Below are positions 10,728 to 21,547 of a stretch of DNA of 64,000 nucleotides, piece after piece. Source of the DNA: an uncultured delta proteobacterium (GTDB lineage Bacteria > Myxococcota_A > Polyangia > Polyangiales > Polyangiaceae); contig CAVOKF010000003.1 in NCBI GenBank assembly GCA_963696385.1, positions 1 through 64,000 of the forward strand. The letters are read 5' to 3'. The translations under genes and the position numbers were made by a program. Each line of letters opens with the position of its first letter. The first letter of the stretch is position 1. The notes beneath the pieces were generated by a model. It was not told where the DNA came from. It saw only the letters and a list, made by a program, of their open reading frames with translations, and made no database searches.

Positions 10728-11630
10728 ATGCGTGTTTTCATCACGGGCGCGTCCGGATTCGTTGGTTCCGCCCTCGTGCCCGAGCTGCTCGGCGCGGGCC
10801 ACCGGGTCGTCGGGCTCGCCCGCTCCGAAGCTTCAGCCGCCGCCGTTCGCGCCGCGGGCGCCGAGGTGCACCGCGGGGCGCTCGAGGACCTCGAGAGCCT
10901 GCGCGCGGGCGCGGCCGGGGGCGACGCCGTCGTGCACCTCGCCTTCGACCACGGCACCGCGGGCTTCGCCGAGGCGGCGCGCATCGACGCGCAGGCGGTC
11001 GAGACAATCGGGGTGGCACTCGAGGGCTCCGGACGGCCGTTCGTCGTTGCGACGGGGATCGGCCTGCCGGCTGCACGCGTGGCGGTGGTGCCCGAGTCGA
11101 ACGCCCCTCCCGCGGCACGACTCGCCGGTCCCCGCGCCGCCCTCCGGTTCCTCGACAAGAAGGTGCACACTACCATCGTGTGCCTACCCCCGGTGACCCA
11201 CGGTCCCAGCGACACACACGGCTTCGTCCCACGCCTCATCGCCCTCGCACGCGACAAGAAGGTGTCTGCCTTCGTCGGGGACGGGGCGAACCGCTGGCCG
11301 GCGGTGCACGTCCGTGACGCTGCGCGCCTGTTCCACCTCGCCTTCGCGAAATCGCCCGCGGGCGCCGCTGTCCACGCCGTCGCCGACGAGGGCATTCCCA
11401 TCCGCAACGTCGCCGAGGTGATCGGCCGGCATCTGGGCGTCACAGTCGCGCCGATCCCCGCCGCCGATGCCGCCGCGCACTTCGGTTTCATGGGAGCGTT
11501 ACTCTTGCGCGACTCGCCCTCCTCTGGCGCTGTCGCGCGCGAACTGCTGGGGTGGGAGCCGACGCAGCCCGGACTGCTGGCGGACCTGGAGGCGGGCCAC
11601 TACTTTCAAGCGGGTCACCACTTTCGGTAA
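10728..11630 (+). CDS. NAD-dependent epimerase/dehydratase (SDR) family oxidoreductase
   Basis: VFITGASGFVG, WPAVHVRDAARLF. Confidence 0.88.
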   Translation: MRVFITGASGFVGSALVPELLGAGHRVVGLARSEASAAAVRAAGAEVHRGALEDLESLRAGAAGGDAVVHLAFDHGTAGFAEAARIDAQAVETIGVALEGSGRPFVVATGIGLPAARVAVVPESNAPPAARLAGPRAALRFLDKKVHTTIVCLPPVTHGPSDTHGFVPRLIALARDKKVSAFVGDGANRWPAVHVRDAARLFHLAFAKSPAGAAVHAVADEGIPIRNVAEVIGRHLGVTVAPIPAADAAAHFGFMGALLLRDSPSSGAVARELLGWEPTQPGLLADLEAGHYFQAGHHFR

Positions 11631-11739
11631 GGCGCGTGAACGTGGTTGCTAGACGGAGTTGACCGGAGAGCCGCGTTTCTCTCTTGCGCGGCCGCTCCGG
11701 GGCAGCGGGTGTGGTGACGAAAAAAATGCTTTTTCGCAG

Positions 11740-12135
11740 GATTCCTTCGGCCGCGCCGCATGCGGTCTCGGCGGCGAGGCGCAACGTGGACCGGGGACGA
11801 CTGCGCCAGCGCCAGAGAGCCTTGAAGCCGGACCGGTGTCAGCGCAGAAGCGTCTCGGGTTGGACCACCCGCAGCACGTTTCTCCACGTCGGCGTGATGG
11901 CAGTGAGTGCCACCAGCACGATCCGGTCGAGCCGCGTCACGTGCGGCCGGACGACCGACCGCTCCAGCACGGTAAGTTGGTGTCGGAGCAAGGCGATTTC
12001 GGTGAGCAACGACCGTCCCGAGCGAAACAGATCCACGAGAGCGGTGGCGAGCACGGTCACGACGGCGAACATGGTGCGCGAATATAGCGCTGTCCCCAGC
12101 GAATTCTCGGCGGACCGGCGAAGTAGTCAGGACGG
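11740..12135 (-). mobile_element. rve-type IS transposase 5' remnant
   Basis: EIALLRHQL..R..DR..VVQPETLLR*HR (Trp to stop); 5' region repeated at ~15163-15240. Confidence 0.6.
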
Positions 12136-12379
12136 CCGGCTCCGCATGTGGTTGCGGCTGAAGGAATCCCGCAAAAAATGCACTTTTCGTCGGCACACCT
12201 ACTTCGCCTGCTTCACGAGGTCGTATGTCCGCGTGTCGATCGAATATATATTCGTCGCGTCCAGGGCGATCGACTCGATTCCGTAATGAGGCAGCCCCAC
12301 TGAGGTCACGGCTCCGGTCTTCTTGTCTCGTCGCATCACCGTGAGCGTCGTCTGGTTGCACCAATAGATGTCCTGGGCT

Positions 12380-12720
12380 TCGACCGCCGTGCGCCCGACG
12401 GCAAAGACCTCTCTCGCGGTGAGTTCGAGCCCCACATCGAACAGGAGCACGAGCGCGCCAAGGCGCGCGATCATGTCGATGGACGGATCGTACGGCAACC
12501 GGAGCACACCGAGCCCGGGCAGATTTCCGAGGACCACTCCGGCCAAAAGATCGCCCAGCACGGCCACCTGCCCGAGTCGAATGGCGGCGTGACCGCACAG
12601 GTTGGCCGCAACGAGAATGAGCGCGAGACCGAAAGCGACGGGCGCTACGCGATCGGCTGGCCCCGCCGCGGCCTGCGCCGCGGAAGAAGCAGCGTCGCGA
12701 GGACTGCCACGCACCATGCG
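12380..12720 (-). pseudogene. cation:proton antiporter N-terminal fragment
   Basis: RLGQVAVLGDLLAGVVLG, LGALVLLFDVGLE; fused to an unrelated fragment, next to MITE. Confidence 0.65.
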
Positions 12721-12725
12721 AGCGC

Positions 12726-12825
12726 CTAGTACCCCGATTCCATGAAACGGAGGGGTGAGACCACCCGATCCCGTCGGGAATATCGCGGAAAACGACCCTT
12801 CCATTCCGCGGAATCGAGGTACTAG
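12726..12825. mobile_element. 100-bp MITE, copy 1
   Basis: terminal inverted repeats CTAGTACCYCGATTCC; identical to 20513-20612. Confidence 0.85.
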
Positions 12826-12934
12826 TGCGGTCTCCACCGAACCAGCCGGACCATCTCGGGAGCGACACTATGTTCGAAGGCAGGATAGCCCGTAGCGAAA
12901 TCCGGCGGACGTCAGCTCGTTGCCACCTCGTTGC

Positions 12935-13468
12935 CTAGTGAGGCTCCGGAGTGCCGTGCTCCGTGGCGAATGCCTCCGCTCGGCGTAGAATGCGGAGATT
13001 TTCGGTCACGGAATTTCCAGTCAACGTCACGACGAAGGAGCGCCCTGTGTCCTTGACGTCGATATCCACCCACGAGCCGGGGAGCCAATAAGGATCGTCG
13101 CCCAGCTGGGAGCGTTCGACCTCACCCAACAGGGCTCGGGCGCCGTGGCAGCGGAGCAGTCGGGCCAGCTGTTCCGCGCTCACGCCGGCGGGGGCGCGCA
13201 CCACGAGCCTGACCGCGAACACCTGGGCTACGCCACTGCAGTAGTCGACGTGGCATTTCGATTCCGTTTTCAGGACCGCGATGCTTCGGAGCAGCCGCTG
13301 CTCATCCGGCCCGGCGGGCACGCTGGCACATTGATAGGACTCGACTTGTGCCGCCCGCGCTGAGATCGGCAAGCTGGCCTCGCACGCGAAAAGGGATCCC
13401 GCGGCCGCGGCGACGACGGCTCGCGGCAGCACCTTCGTCGGACGCCATCGGCTCAGTCGGGTCGGCAT
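12935..13468 (-). CDS. hypothetical lipoprotein-like protein
   Basis: basic N-terminus, hydrophobic stretch, LFAC lipobox-like motif; start uncertain. Confidence 0.5.
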   Translation of the reverse strand: MPTRLSRWRPTKVLPRAVVAAAAGSLFACEASLPISARAAQVESYQCASVPAGPDEQRLLRSIAVLKTESKCHVDYCSGVAQVFAVRLVVRAPAGVSAEQLARLLRCHGARALLGEVERSQLGDDPYWLPGSWVDIDVKDTGRSFVVTLTGNSVTENLRILRRAEAFATEHGTPEPH

Positions 13469-14746
13469 AGACGGTCTACGCGCGCGAGCCTGAGACGTTT
13501 CGCGCACCCCGCACGGTTCGGCGGCCGCCGACGATCGTTTTGCCGCCTTGGCGTTGGCTCCGGGTCGAGCCACGCCGGCTTGTCGAGTCAGGTTCGAGGG
13601 TGACGCGGCCACGCCGCAGTCGACCTCTTCGACGGCATGTTCCACTTCGAGGATGTCTGCACGTTTCGGTGTCGGAAGCCCCGCTGGAAGGGATCGACCT
13701 TCTCACGGTCGGGATCCAATTGGCTCGCTTTTGGGGTGCTCCATTGCAGCGGAGTCGGCCACCGCGGCGAGCTCGCATTCGTCGCCGATCGACTCGTGCG
13801 GCAAGTCGTCGAGGAAGCGCCGACCGCCGGAAAATTGCGCGGCGACGTGCTCGACAAACTGCCGGTAGCGGACCTCGGCGCTCGCCCGCGCGGACTTCTT
13901 GCCGCTCTCCGGGGATAACTGGCGTATGCACGTCTGTCGCCGCACGGAATTGGTCGAGGCGCCGGGCGAGGGCCGGGTCACGCAGGGCGGCAGCCGCACG
14001 CGGCCGTGACGAACCGTTTTGCCCATAGCGGTAGCTCCTTGTTGATGGTGGGAAAGTCAGGACCCTCGGCCTCTGAGCGGCACGCGTCGCCGCATCGTGA
14101 GCGGCGAAGGATCGCTCCTGGACGTCTTCGGCGGCGCGCTGGCTGCCTCTTCGCGCGGCAAAACTCGGGGCTCGGTTGCCGCGTCGAGTGCGGTCGGCGC
14201 AACCTTCGGGGCGAACGACGGGCCCGAAGTCACCGGTCGGGGGGCAGCGAGGCCGCCCAGTACGAAGGCTCACTCAGAGGGCTCGATAAGACGAGCCCGT
14301 CCCATTCGCTGGCCACGGCGATCGCGCCGATCATCGTGATGCCGCTCCCGTCGCGAAAGCCGGTGGGCGCACGCGACTTGGCGATCGGGCTCCAGAGGAG
14401 CCGGCTCCAGGGCGGATAAACGGGCCACGATCTGACGAGGACCCAAGGCACGCCCATCTCGGGAGGGTAGGGCAGCTCGGCGGCGCGGAGCAGCGACAAA
14501 AGCGCCAACGCACGCATGGGTCCTCCGCGACCTGAGAACACGCGCCCCGAGTCCGAGGCGCCACTCGCGGAAAAGGCAACGGGGCTTGGGAGCGACGGCC
14601 AATCTGAGTCCAGTATTCGAATCTGTCACATGCGATATCGATCCGATTGACTCCAATCTGTCGCCGTATATGGCTTCGCGCCACCGGGAGTCCGACACTC
14701 TTCCGCCCTGAAAAAAGAGATGGCTAACCGCGCCGCGGGCAAGGGG

Positions 14747-14776
14747 AGGGGGGGTCAATAATTATTGACCCCCCCT
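14747..14776. repeat. perfect 30-bp palindrome followed by an imperfect second copy of its core
   Basis: AGGGGGGGTCAATAATTATTGACCCCCCCT, then GGTCAGCAATGATTGACC. Confidence 0.85.
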
Positions 14777-14959
14777 GGTCAGCAATGATTGACCACCCTC
14801 ATCCCTGACGCGCACCCGTGAGTCCATGATTTCCTGCGGTTAGGCGCGAGAGGTCGCCTGCCGCGGCCTGGCGCGCGGCTTGCGGTAAAGCGTCCCATGA
14901 ACCACCGCACCATTCGCGGACCGCCATCGGCCGTACCCGCCCGTGGCCAACCTCAAAAC

Positions 14960-15240
14960 ATACGCCCTCACCCGCCGCACTCGCCCACGGCGGCACCGGC
15001 GTTTCGGTCGACCCAGGCCCGGTGGGCAGCTGCACCCAGGGCGCGCGTCTCCGTGGGTCGAAAGGCAGCCGCGCTTGCACCCGTCGCTTCGACCGGATCG
15101 CCCTGGAGAGTCATCCTGACGTGCTTCGAGCGAGCCGGAAGCGGAGTTGTTGCGCGCTCCACGATGGCGAACATGGTGCGCGAACATAGCGCTGGTCCCC
15201 GGCGAATTTTCGGTGGATCGGCGAAGTAGCCAAGACGGGG
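14960..15240 (-). mobile_element. second remnant of the rve-type IS seen at 11740-12135
   Basis: ~70 bp highly similar to 12061-12133, including the ATG TTC GCC start. Confidence 0.55.
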
Positions 15241-15252
15241 TTCATCACTTCT

Positions 15253-15364
15253 CTTCGGCTGCGTCCTTGCGGACGCGGCGCATGACTCGGGGTCATCGTG
15301 GGTCGCTAGCCCTTCGATGTGAGGCTTTCTCATTCTCTCCTTCCTGCCGCTTTTCACGGCGCAC
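15253..15364 (-). ncRNA. group II intron 5' fragment (domain I start)
   Basis: starts GTGCG; continues CCGTGAAAAGCGG..CGAAGGGCTAGCGACCCACGATGACCCCGAGTCATGCG, recalled as a bacterial group II intron 5' end. Confidence 0.65.
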
Positions 15365-15790
15365 CCCTGACGCAACGGAAGCCGAGGTAGTAGTTGCGGT
15401 ACGACGGGTAGAAGGAGTCGTAGCGGAACGGGGGAAGCAAGTACGACGCGGGGCCGCTGAAGCCGCCGCCCCGGAACACCCGGGCGGAAGCTGTCGTGAG
15501 ATAGGCGCAATTCGTGCCGGGGTCGACGTACGTAGCATACCAATCCAGGTTCCACTCCCAGACTTCCCCCGCTATATCCAGCTGACCCCAGTAACCAGCT
15601 CCCAGCGTCGCCGTCCCGATCGGCGCGATATCCGTCGGGTTGGCCGTGTAGTTGAAGTCGTAAATCGCGTACTCGTTCGCCGTCCCCGGATCCGTTGAAC
15701 CCCACGGGTACTCAAGCTGCTGGCTCCCTCCCGCCGCCACGTGCTCCCACTCCGCTTCGCTCGGCAAAAAACCGTAACGGTGTCGGGCGA
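15354..15790 (-). pseudogene. FGE-sulfatase/SUMF1 (CLec-fold) protein, 5'-truncated
   Basis: LPSEAEWE.AA, YPWG, DIAGEVWEW, RVFRGG, GFRC. Confidence 0.85.
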
Positions 15791-16009
15791 GCGGTGGAGC
15801 TGATCGAAGCGGGCGAGCGTCGCCTTGACCAGCTCGGGCGTCGGAACGCCATCGATGTGCGGAGTCTCTGGCCGGCCGTGCTCGAGCGCTGAACGCCATT
15901 CGCGATAGAGCGCCCGCACGCGGTGGGGCGGCACCCGGGCTCGAATGACAATTTCGCGAAGCGCTCTTGCGGTCCCGACACCCGCCACTGCGTCATGGGT
16001 CCATTCCCC

Positions 16010-16453
16010 TCAGACAGCGCGAACGCTGACCTGTCGATCGTTTTGGAGGAGCCTGTCGAGTTCGTCGGGGTCCGACGTGAGGACGACGGCCGGCGATCCG
16101 TCGCCAACAGCTGCCGCGGCGACCAACGCATCGATCCCATCGTCCGTCTTGGCGAGGTAGCGCAGTCGTCCGGCCCGGCGAGCGGTCGACTCGTCTGGCG
16201 CTTGGAGCACTGTTGCGGCGCGCTCAAGCGCCCCGAGGATGCGATTGACCTCCGCGTCGCGAGCCCCATCGCCCGTCGTGCTCTCGACCAGGATCGGCGT
16301 GGGCACGCAGATCGCCCCATCGTGTTCGATGACCCAGCGCAACCACTCTCGGGCGCGCTGGGAGCCACCAACGAGCGCCGTAAGGCCGCCGCTGTCGAGC
16401 ACGCACCGCGGCGGGCCGACCTTGGCGCGCTTCGACGATCGCCCGCGCCTCAT
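16010..16453 (-). CDS. PIN-domain (VapC-like) toxin
   Basis: VLDSGGL, PILVE, IDALVAAAA, VLTSDPDEL. Confidence 0.85.
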   Translation of the reverse strand: MRRGRSSKRAKVGPPRCVLDSGGLTALVGGSQRAREWLRWVIEHDGAICVPTPILVESTTGDGARDAEVNRILGALERAATVLQAPDESTARRAGRLRYLAKTDDGIDALVAAAAVGDGSPAVVLTSDPDELDRLLQNDRQVSVRAV

Positions 16454-16677
16454 CGAGCGCGGAAGATGCGGCGAGCGTCGCGGGCAACCTCGGCGCGAAC
16501 GGCCGCCGGTGCCGCTCCATGCTTGGCGTCGAGCTCGTCCAGCAGCCCGCGGAGCTCCAAACGCGCGAGACGCTCGCGAGCGGCCTCATTGAGGAAGCTC
16601 GAGACGCCGCGTGGGCCGGCCACGTGTCGGATTTTCGCTAGCGTCTGCTCGTCCAAGGTCGCGGTAACGCGTTCCAT
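16450..16677 (-). CDS. RHH-type (VapB-like) antitoxin
   Basis: 75-aa ORF coupled (ATGA) upstream of the PIN toxin; VSSFLNEAARERL. Confidence 0.8.
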   Translation of the reverse strand: MERVTATLDEQTLAKIRHVAGPRGVSSFLNEAARERLARLELRGLLDELDAKHGAAPAAVRAEVARDARRIFRAR

Positions 16678-17141
16678 GCCTAAAGCATACTCTGAGTAAT
16701 ACTTTGGCGCCAGAGCCCTCGACCGTCGTCTCCATGCGATCTCGCGTGTCGCCAATGGGTTGACCGCGGTCACCACGCGATCGATGAAGCGTCGACTCCA
16801 CGACGCCCCGCTCGCTCGCGAAATCGGCGGCCGGTCGACGACTGGGCCTCCACGCCGCCACGAGTCGTTGCCCCTGCTCCCAAGTCCGCCGCGATGTTCC
16901 CGTCTTCGTGTGTCATGGCTGGGCGAGTACGGCGCCGAAGCGGGCAGCGTCATGACGCGGTCGGCCGAACGCCTACCTGCAACGAGCATTGAAACAAGGA
17001 CACCCGCGATTGACTATCGAAGCCAGCGCCCCTAGGTTCAAGGCTCCGGCGATGTCAAACGACGGCGCGGTCTTACTTCCCGTCGGCCACCGCTGCTCCA
17101 CCGTTGCGCTCTTGGACGCGTGCGGTCTGAGCTCCAAGACA

Positions 17142-20116
17142 ATGGCGTTCGACTCGATGATCTCTCAGCTGAGCGCGATTCGCGACTGTCTCGAGAATGA
17201 CTTCAAAGAGTTCCTGAATCCGACGAACTATCGCAAAGTCCACACGCGCACCGTCAATATCATCGATGGCGCTGTGGAAGAAGCCTGCGTCGAATACCCG
17301 AGCGTCAACTGGTACTACGAACAGGCGCACCGGGCCATCGGCGACAACGACCTCACGAACACCTCGACCTATCACCTGCAGCTCGCGTTCACGCATGAAG
17401 ACCCGAGCGACCCAAACACCCACGCGACCATGCTGCGCCGAAGCCGCCGCATGCTCGACGTGCTGAAGGAGGAGCGCAACAAGATCGCAGTTCACATCGC
17501 GCCGGTGTTGGGCCTTACCGACTACACCCAAAAGAAAGCCGAGCTCACAGACGAGTTCGTGAGCTTCGCCGACTTCTTGGCCTCGCGTTACAGCCACACT
17601 TCCGGCTTGTTCTTTCTCATCGTCAAACTGCGCGAGCCGGCTCCGGAGGAGAACAGCGAGCTCATCTTCAAGAACGAGCGCTGCAGTGTCTACACGATCT
17701 ACGCGAACAGCGAGTTCATCGACGCCGGCGCCCCCTTCGAGGGCAACCACGAGCACGAGGTCGAGGCCATAAAGAAGATCCTTCAGCGCGAGAACCTCGA
17801 ACGCAGCCGAAGCTACAAGATCTACTTTCCGCTCTTCGATCATGTCGAGGGAGCGAGCAACGAGATGCGGCTAACGCACGAGGGACTCCTCGACCATCCG
17901 CGTGTAAAGCTTGTCGACCGTCCATCCATTGCCGACTACATCATTTTTTGCCAGAACCATTTGGTCGACAGCAATCCGTTCGCGCATCAATTTCGCCCCG
18001 TCAAGAACAGGTTCAAAGAGAAAACGATCTTCCTCGACTACGACGACAATCCGCACACGATCTATGACGAGGGCAATTTCGGCTGGCGGCTCTATTTCAA
18101 ACGGAGCATCGTCGACCGCGAGAACGGACGTGTCGTGGACTACGGCAATCTGCCGATTCGGCCGACTGCGTATGCGGTCCTAAACGACATGTGCGATCCA
18201 CCAGATCTGCGTAGTGCGAATGGTGACTCGAGCCGCCGGATCGACGTTTCCTGTCTCTTCGACGACGACATCGCTGGCCAGTGGTGCTTCGCGCTCGCGC
18301 GCGGCCGGCTGCTCACGTTTGCCAAGCGGTTCGCGAGCAATCATCCGGAGCTCGTGATGCAGGTGGGCACCGTTTCCGAATGCGGCCCGGTCGGACGTAG
18401 CGCGATCAATCCCAAGTACAAGGAGTGTCTGTACGGGAGCAAGATCGTCCTGCACGCCAACCCCGACGCCTGGGAGGGCGATTCGCGACTCTGGGAAGCG
18501 CTCGCGTCGGGCGCGCTCGTCTTCGTGGACCGAATGGTGGCGCCCATCGAGCATCCGCTCGAGGGCGGCGAGCATCTCATCTTCTACGACGTCACGGACG
18601 AGGGGCTACAAATTCTCGAGCGGAAGATCCTCTACTACCTCGCGCATGAAGACGAGCGCGCGCGCATCGGACAGGTCGGGCGCGAGTTCGTGCTACAGCA
18701 TCATCGCTCTCGGCACCGCTTGCGCCACATCATCGACACGCTCGAGCGGACGGGGCCCCCGGTCGTGTCCGCGCAGAAGAGAACGTCGAGCCTCGACATC
18801 ATCGTCTCGATCGCGACCGGCTACGAAGATATCGGCTCTTACACCCAATTCATTGCGACTCTACGCAAGACGGGCGCGACCTGTCCAATCTTGCTGGGCA
18901 TCTCCGACGGCCCGGAGTTCGAACCGATCAAGAAGTATCTGCTCGAAAATTCGGTGAATTACTTCATCGTCCCGCCCATTTCACCGGGCCACAAGGTTTG
19001 CTACGGCTACCGCTTCGCGCAATACCGGAAGTGGCTGCGCGACCTCGATTTCCGTTACGCAATGATGCTTGATTTCCGCGACGCGTATTTCCAGAAGGAT
19101 CCGTTCATCGACATCGATCGGTTCATGCACGATTGCGATCTCTACCTAATGTCGGAGTTTCACTATCTCACCGTCGGAAATCATCCGAATGGAATGAACT
19201 ACGCGTGGGTGGCGGAACCGTTCGGGAGCGACGTCGCGGACGCAATCAAGGACAAGCCGATCTTGAACTCGGGCGCGCTCCTCGGTCGCAAGTCGGCGGT
19301 CATGACCTTCTTGGACGCCATCGCCGACATCACGACCGAGCAGGGTTACGAATTCGCCGATCAAGGCACGCTCAATTATCTCGCTCATACCGGGCGCCTC
19401 GATCATTGCGGGCGCATCAAGATCGAGCCCGCCGGCGTGAGCATCGTCAACAACTGCGGGTTCACCGAGCTCGATGAGCTTAAGCGTAACAGGCCGCTGA
19501 GCAAGGCGGAAGAATCGCGCATCGCGTTCATTCCGCGCACGGCGGAGGGCAGGCTGAAGCTTCATCGCGACCACGACGGTTGGGTGCTCGACGACGACGG
19601 CAACGTTTCGTATGTCGTGCATCAGTACGACAGGTTCCATCCCGATATCGACGACCTTGTGAACAACCTCAAGAATCACGAGTGTCCTGATCGCATCTTC
19701 GTGCCGGGTGAGGGGCGCACGTATCACGCGGAAAAATACACGCTCTCGCAGGCCTCGGCAGCGGCGATGCTCAAGCCGGATGCGACCCGTCGGCTAGTCG
19801 ACACGATAAAGAACCTGCCTGTTTACAAGAAACCGCTGCTCATTCTGAATCATGAATGGAAGCATGCGTTCATGTTTGGCTACGGCACGCTGCACATCGA
19901 CCTCTTGTTCGAGGCAAAGGAGCTCCGACAAAAATTTTCGACTCCACACTCAGTCCGCACGAGCGAAAGCTATTCTGCAATAAATGGGGCTACGAGCTGG
20001 TCGTCGTCGACGAACGAGACATCTTCCATACGCAGGAGCCCGAGAAGGTGGGGGATGCGCCTCTCAGCGTCGCGCAAACGTTCAAGGAAGCGCGCAAAGC
20101 GGCAGAGCACTGGTAG
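17142..20116 (+). CDS. multidomain glycosyltransferase (GT-B Glyco_trans_1_2-like plus GT-A); frameshift near 19935
   Basis: SRLWEALASGALVF..EHLIFYD..RARIG; LDFRDAYFQKDPF, ILNSG, DQGTLNY. Confidence 0.7.
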
Positions 20117-20119
20117 CCT

Positions 20120-20430
20120 CCTGACCTACGACTTCATCGTTGTTGGTGCCGGATTCTTTGGCGCTGTCTTTGCTCGCGAAGCAAAGGATGCCGGAAGGAG
20201 CGTGCTCGTGCTCGAGAAGCGCAAGCACATTGGCGGCAACTGCTACGACTTCGCCTTCGAGGACAGCGGGATCACTCGAGCTCCTGGCGAGATATCAAGC
20301 GCTCGCGCGCGACCAGAGCCATGTGATCTTTGGCGGCAGGCTCGCAGAGTACAAGTATTACGACATGGACGATGTTATGGCGCTGGCGCTCGGCGCGGCC
20401 AGAAGAGCGCTCGCACAATGGGACGGCTGA
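20120..20430 (+). pseudogene. glf: UDP-galactopyranose mutase with large internal deletion
   Basis: YDFIVVGAGFFGAVFA..EKRKHIGGNCYD joined to FGGRLAEYKYYDMD. Confidence 0.85.
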
Positions 20431-20512
20431 CCCTAGCGCATCGGCAGTTGCTTGTGGCGGATAACTGGAGCGCGCGACATTGCGTCAATTCGCTGAGCGC
20501 GACCGGATGACG

Positions 20513-20612
20513 CTAGTACCCCGATTCCATGAAACGGAGGGGTGAGACCACCCGATCCCGTCGGGAATATCGCGGAAAACGACCCTTCCATTCCGCGGAA
20601 TCGAGGTACTAG
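20513..20612. mobile_element. 100-bp MITE, copy 2
   Basis: identical to 12726-12825, same orientation. Confidence 0.85.
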
Positions 20613-20654
20613 GAGACATCGATGTGTCATCCTTTGGCGAGAACGAGCCGGCTA

Positions 20655-21314
20655 CTACAGGAGGACTTTGCCGCTCGGGCAGCTTGCGCATTGGTCGTTG
20701 CTCGGACCTACGCATGTTGCACAACTCGCGTCGCAGGGCCCGCATACTGTATCGCTACTGGAGGTACAGGCCGTCACGGTGTACTCGTTACTGGCGCAGA
20801 GCGAGCAACCTTCGGCGTGGCCAGTGAAGGAGAAGTTCGTGTCAGTCGGGTCGGTAAACGTCCAGACTTGCCAGGAGGAACAGTCGGCCGCGTTGGGCGC
20901 CGCGGGTCCGTAGGACGCGATGGTGCCGGACGACGGGCTGATGCCCGTGGGAGACACGCTGTCGATGACCGCATCGAATGGGGACAACGTGGCCGACGTG
21001 AGATTGACCCCCTGAACATTGCCTGTTAGCTGATGCGTGCCGACATTGTACGTGACCGTGCCTGAGCACGTGTGGAAGAAGACGTCCCCGCTGGTCTCGC
21101 CGTACGGAAGCTGCACTTGCAGCGGGTAGTCGCCCGACGCCCGAAGCGTGACTACGGTCATCGTCCCCTGTTCGACGTCAATGCTTCCCATGAAGCGAAG
21201 GAGCGCGGGACGGGATCCGTCGGGCGCTCCGATTGCCGCAGGAGTCTCGAGGGGACCGGAGCATGCTGCGACCGCCGCTACACTAATTCCAGAGACGAAT
21301 CGACGGTAACGCAT
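20655..21314 (-). CDS. lipoprotein with Cys-rich TNFR/furin-like repeats, probably truncated
   Basis: VAAC lipobox; C-terminal CSLC..Y..ACTSSSDTVCGPCDASCATCVGP..DQCASC. Confidence 0.6.
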   Translation of the reverse strand: MRYRRFVSGISVAAVAACSGPLETPAAIGAPDGSRPALLRFMGSIDVEQGTMTVVTLRASGDYPLQVQLPYGETSGDVFFHTCSGTVTYNVGTHQLTGNVQGVNLTSATLSPFDAVIDSVSPTGISPSSGTIASYGPAAPNAADCSSWQVWTFTDPTDTNFSFTGHAEGCSLCASNEYTVTACTSSSDTVCGPCDASCATCVGPSNDQCASCPSGKVLL

Positions 21315-21547
21315 CAGTTACGAGGGTCATGATATCAGATTCCGCTGGTCTCCGCTCGCGCTACAGCAAGCCTCTCGCTTGTGTCCGCTGTGCGGCCATG
21401 AAATGGGGCCCGCTTGATGGACGGCACTTACTTCTGCAGGCCTGCAGAAATAGTTGACGTCGATCACCCGCTCTCCCGCGCCTCTCCACGCGGCATTGCG
21501 TAGCGCGCAAGCCCACTCCTGCGGGCTGCCGTCCCCAAGGGGGGGCG

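Noticed and set aside
13470..14700. Several overlapping ORFs
   Set aside because: No recognisable motifs; cannot support a call
15354..15790. Complete DGR
   Set aside because: No RT, Avd or template repeat found in the window; only a VR-like target is reported
16989..20510. 1173-aa single ORF ending in a glf-like FAD motif
   Set aside because: Apparent fusion results from a frameshift near 19935; the GT gene ends at 20116 and glf is a separate remnant
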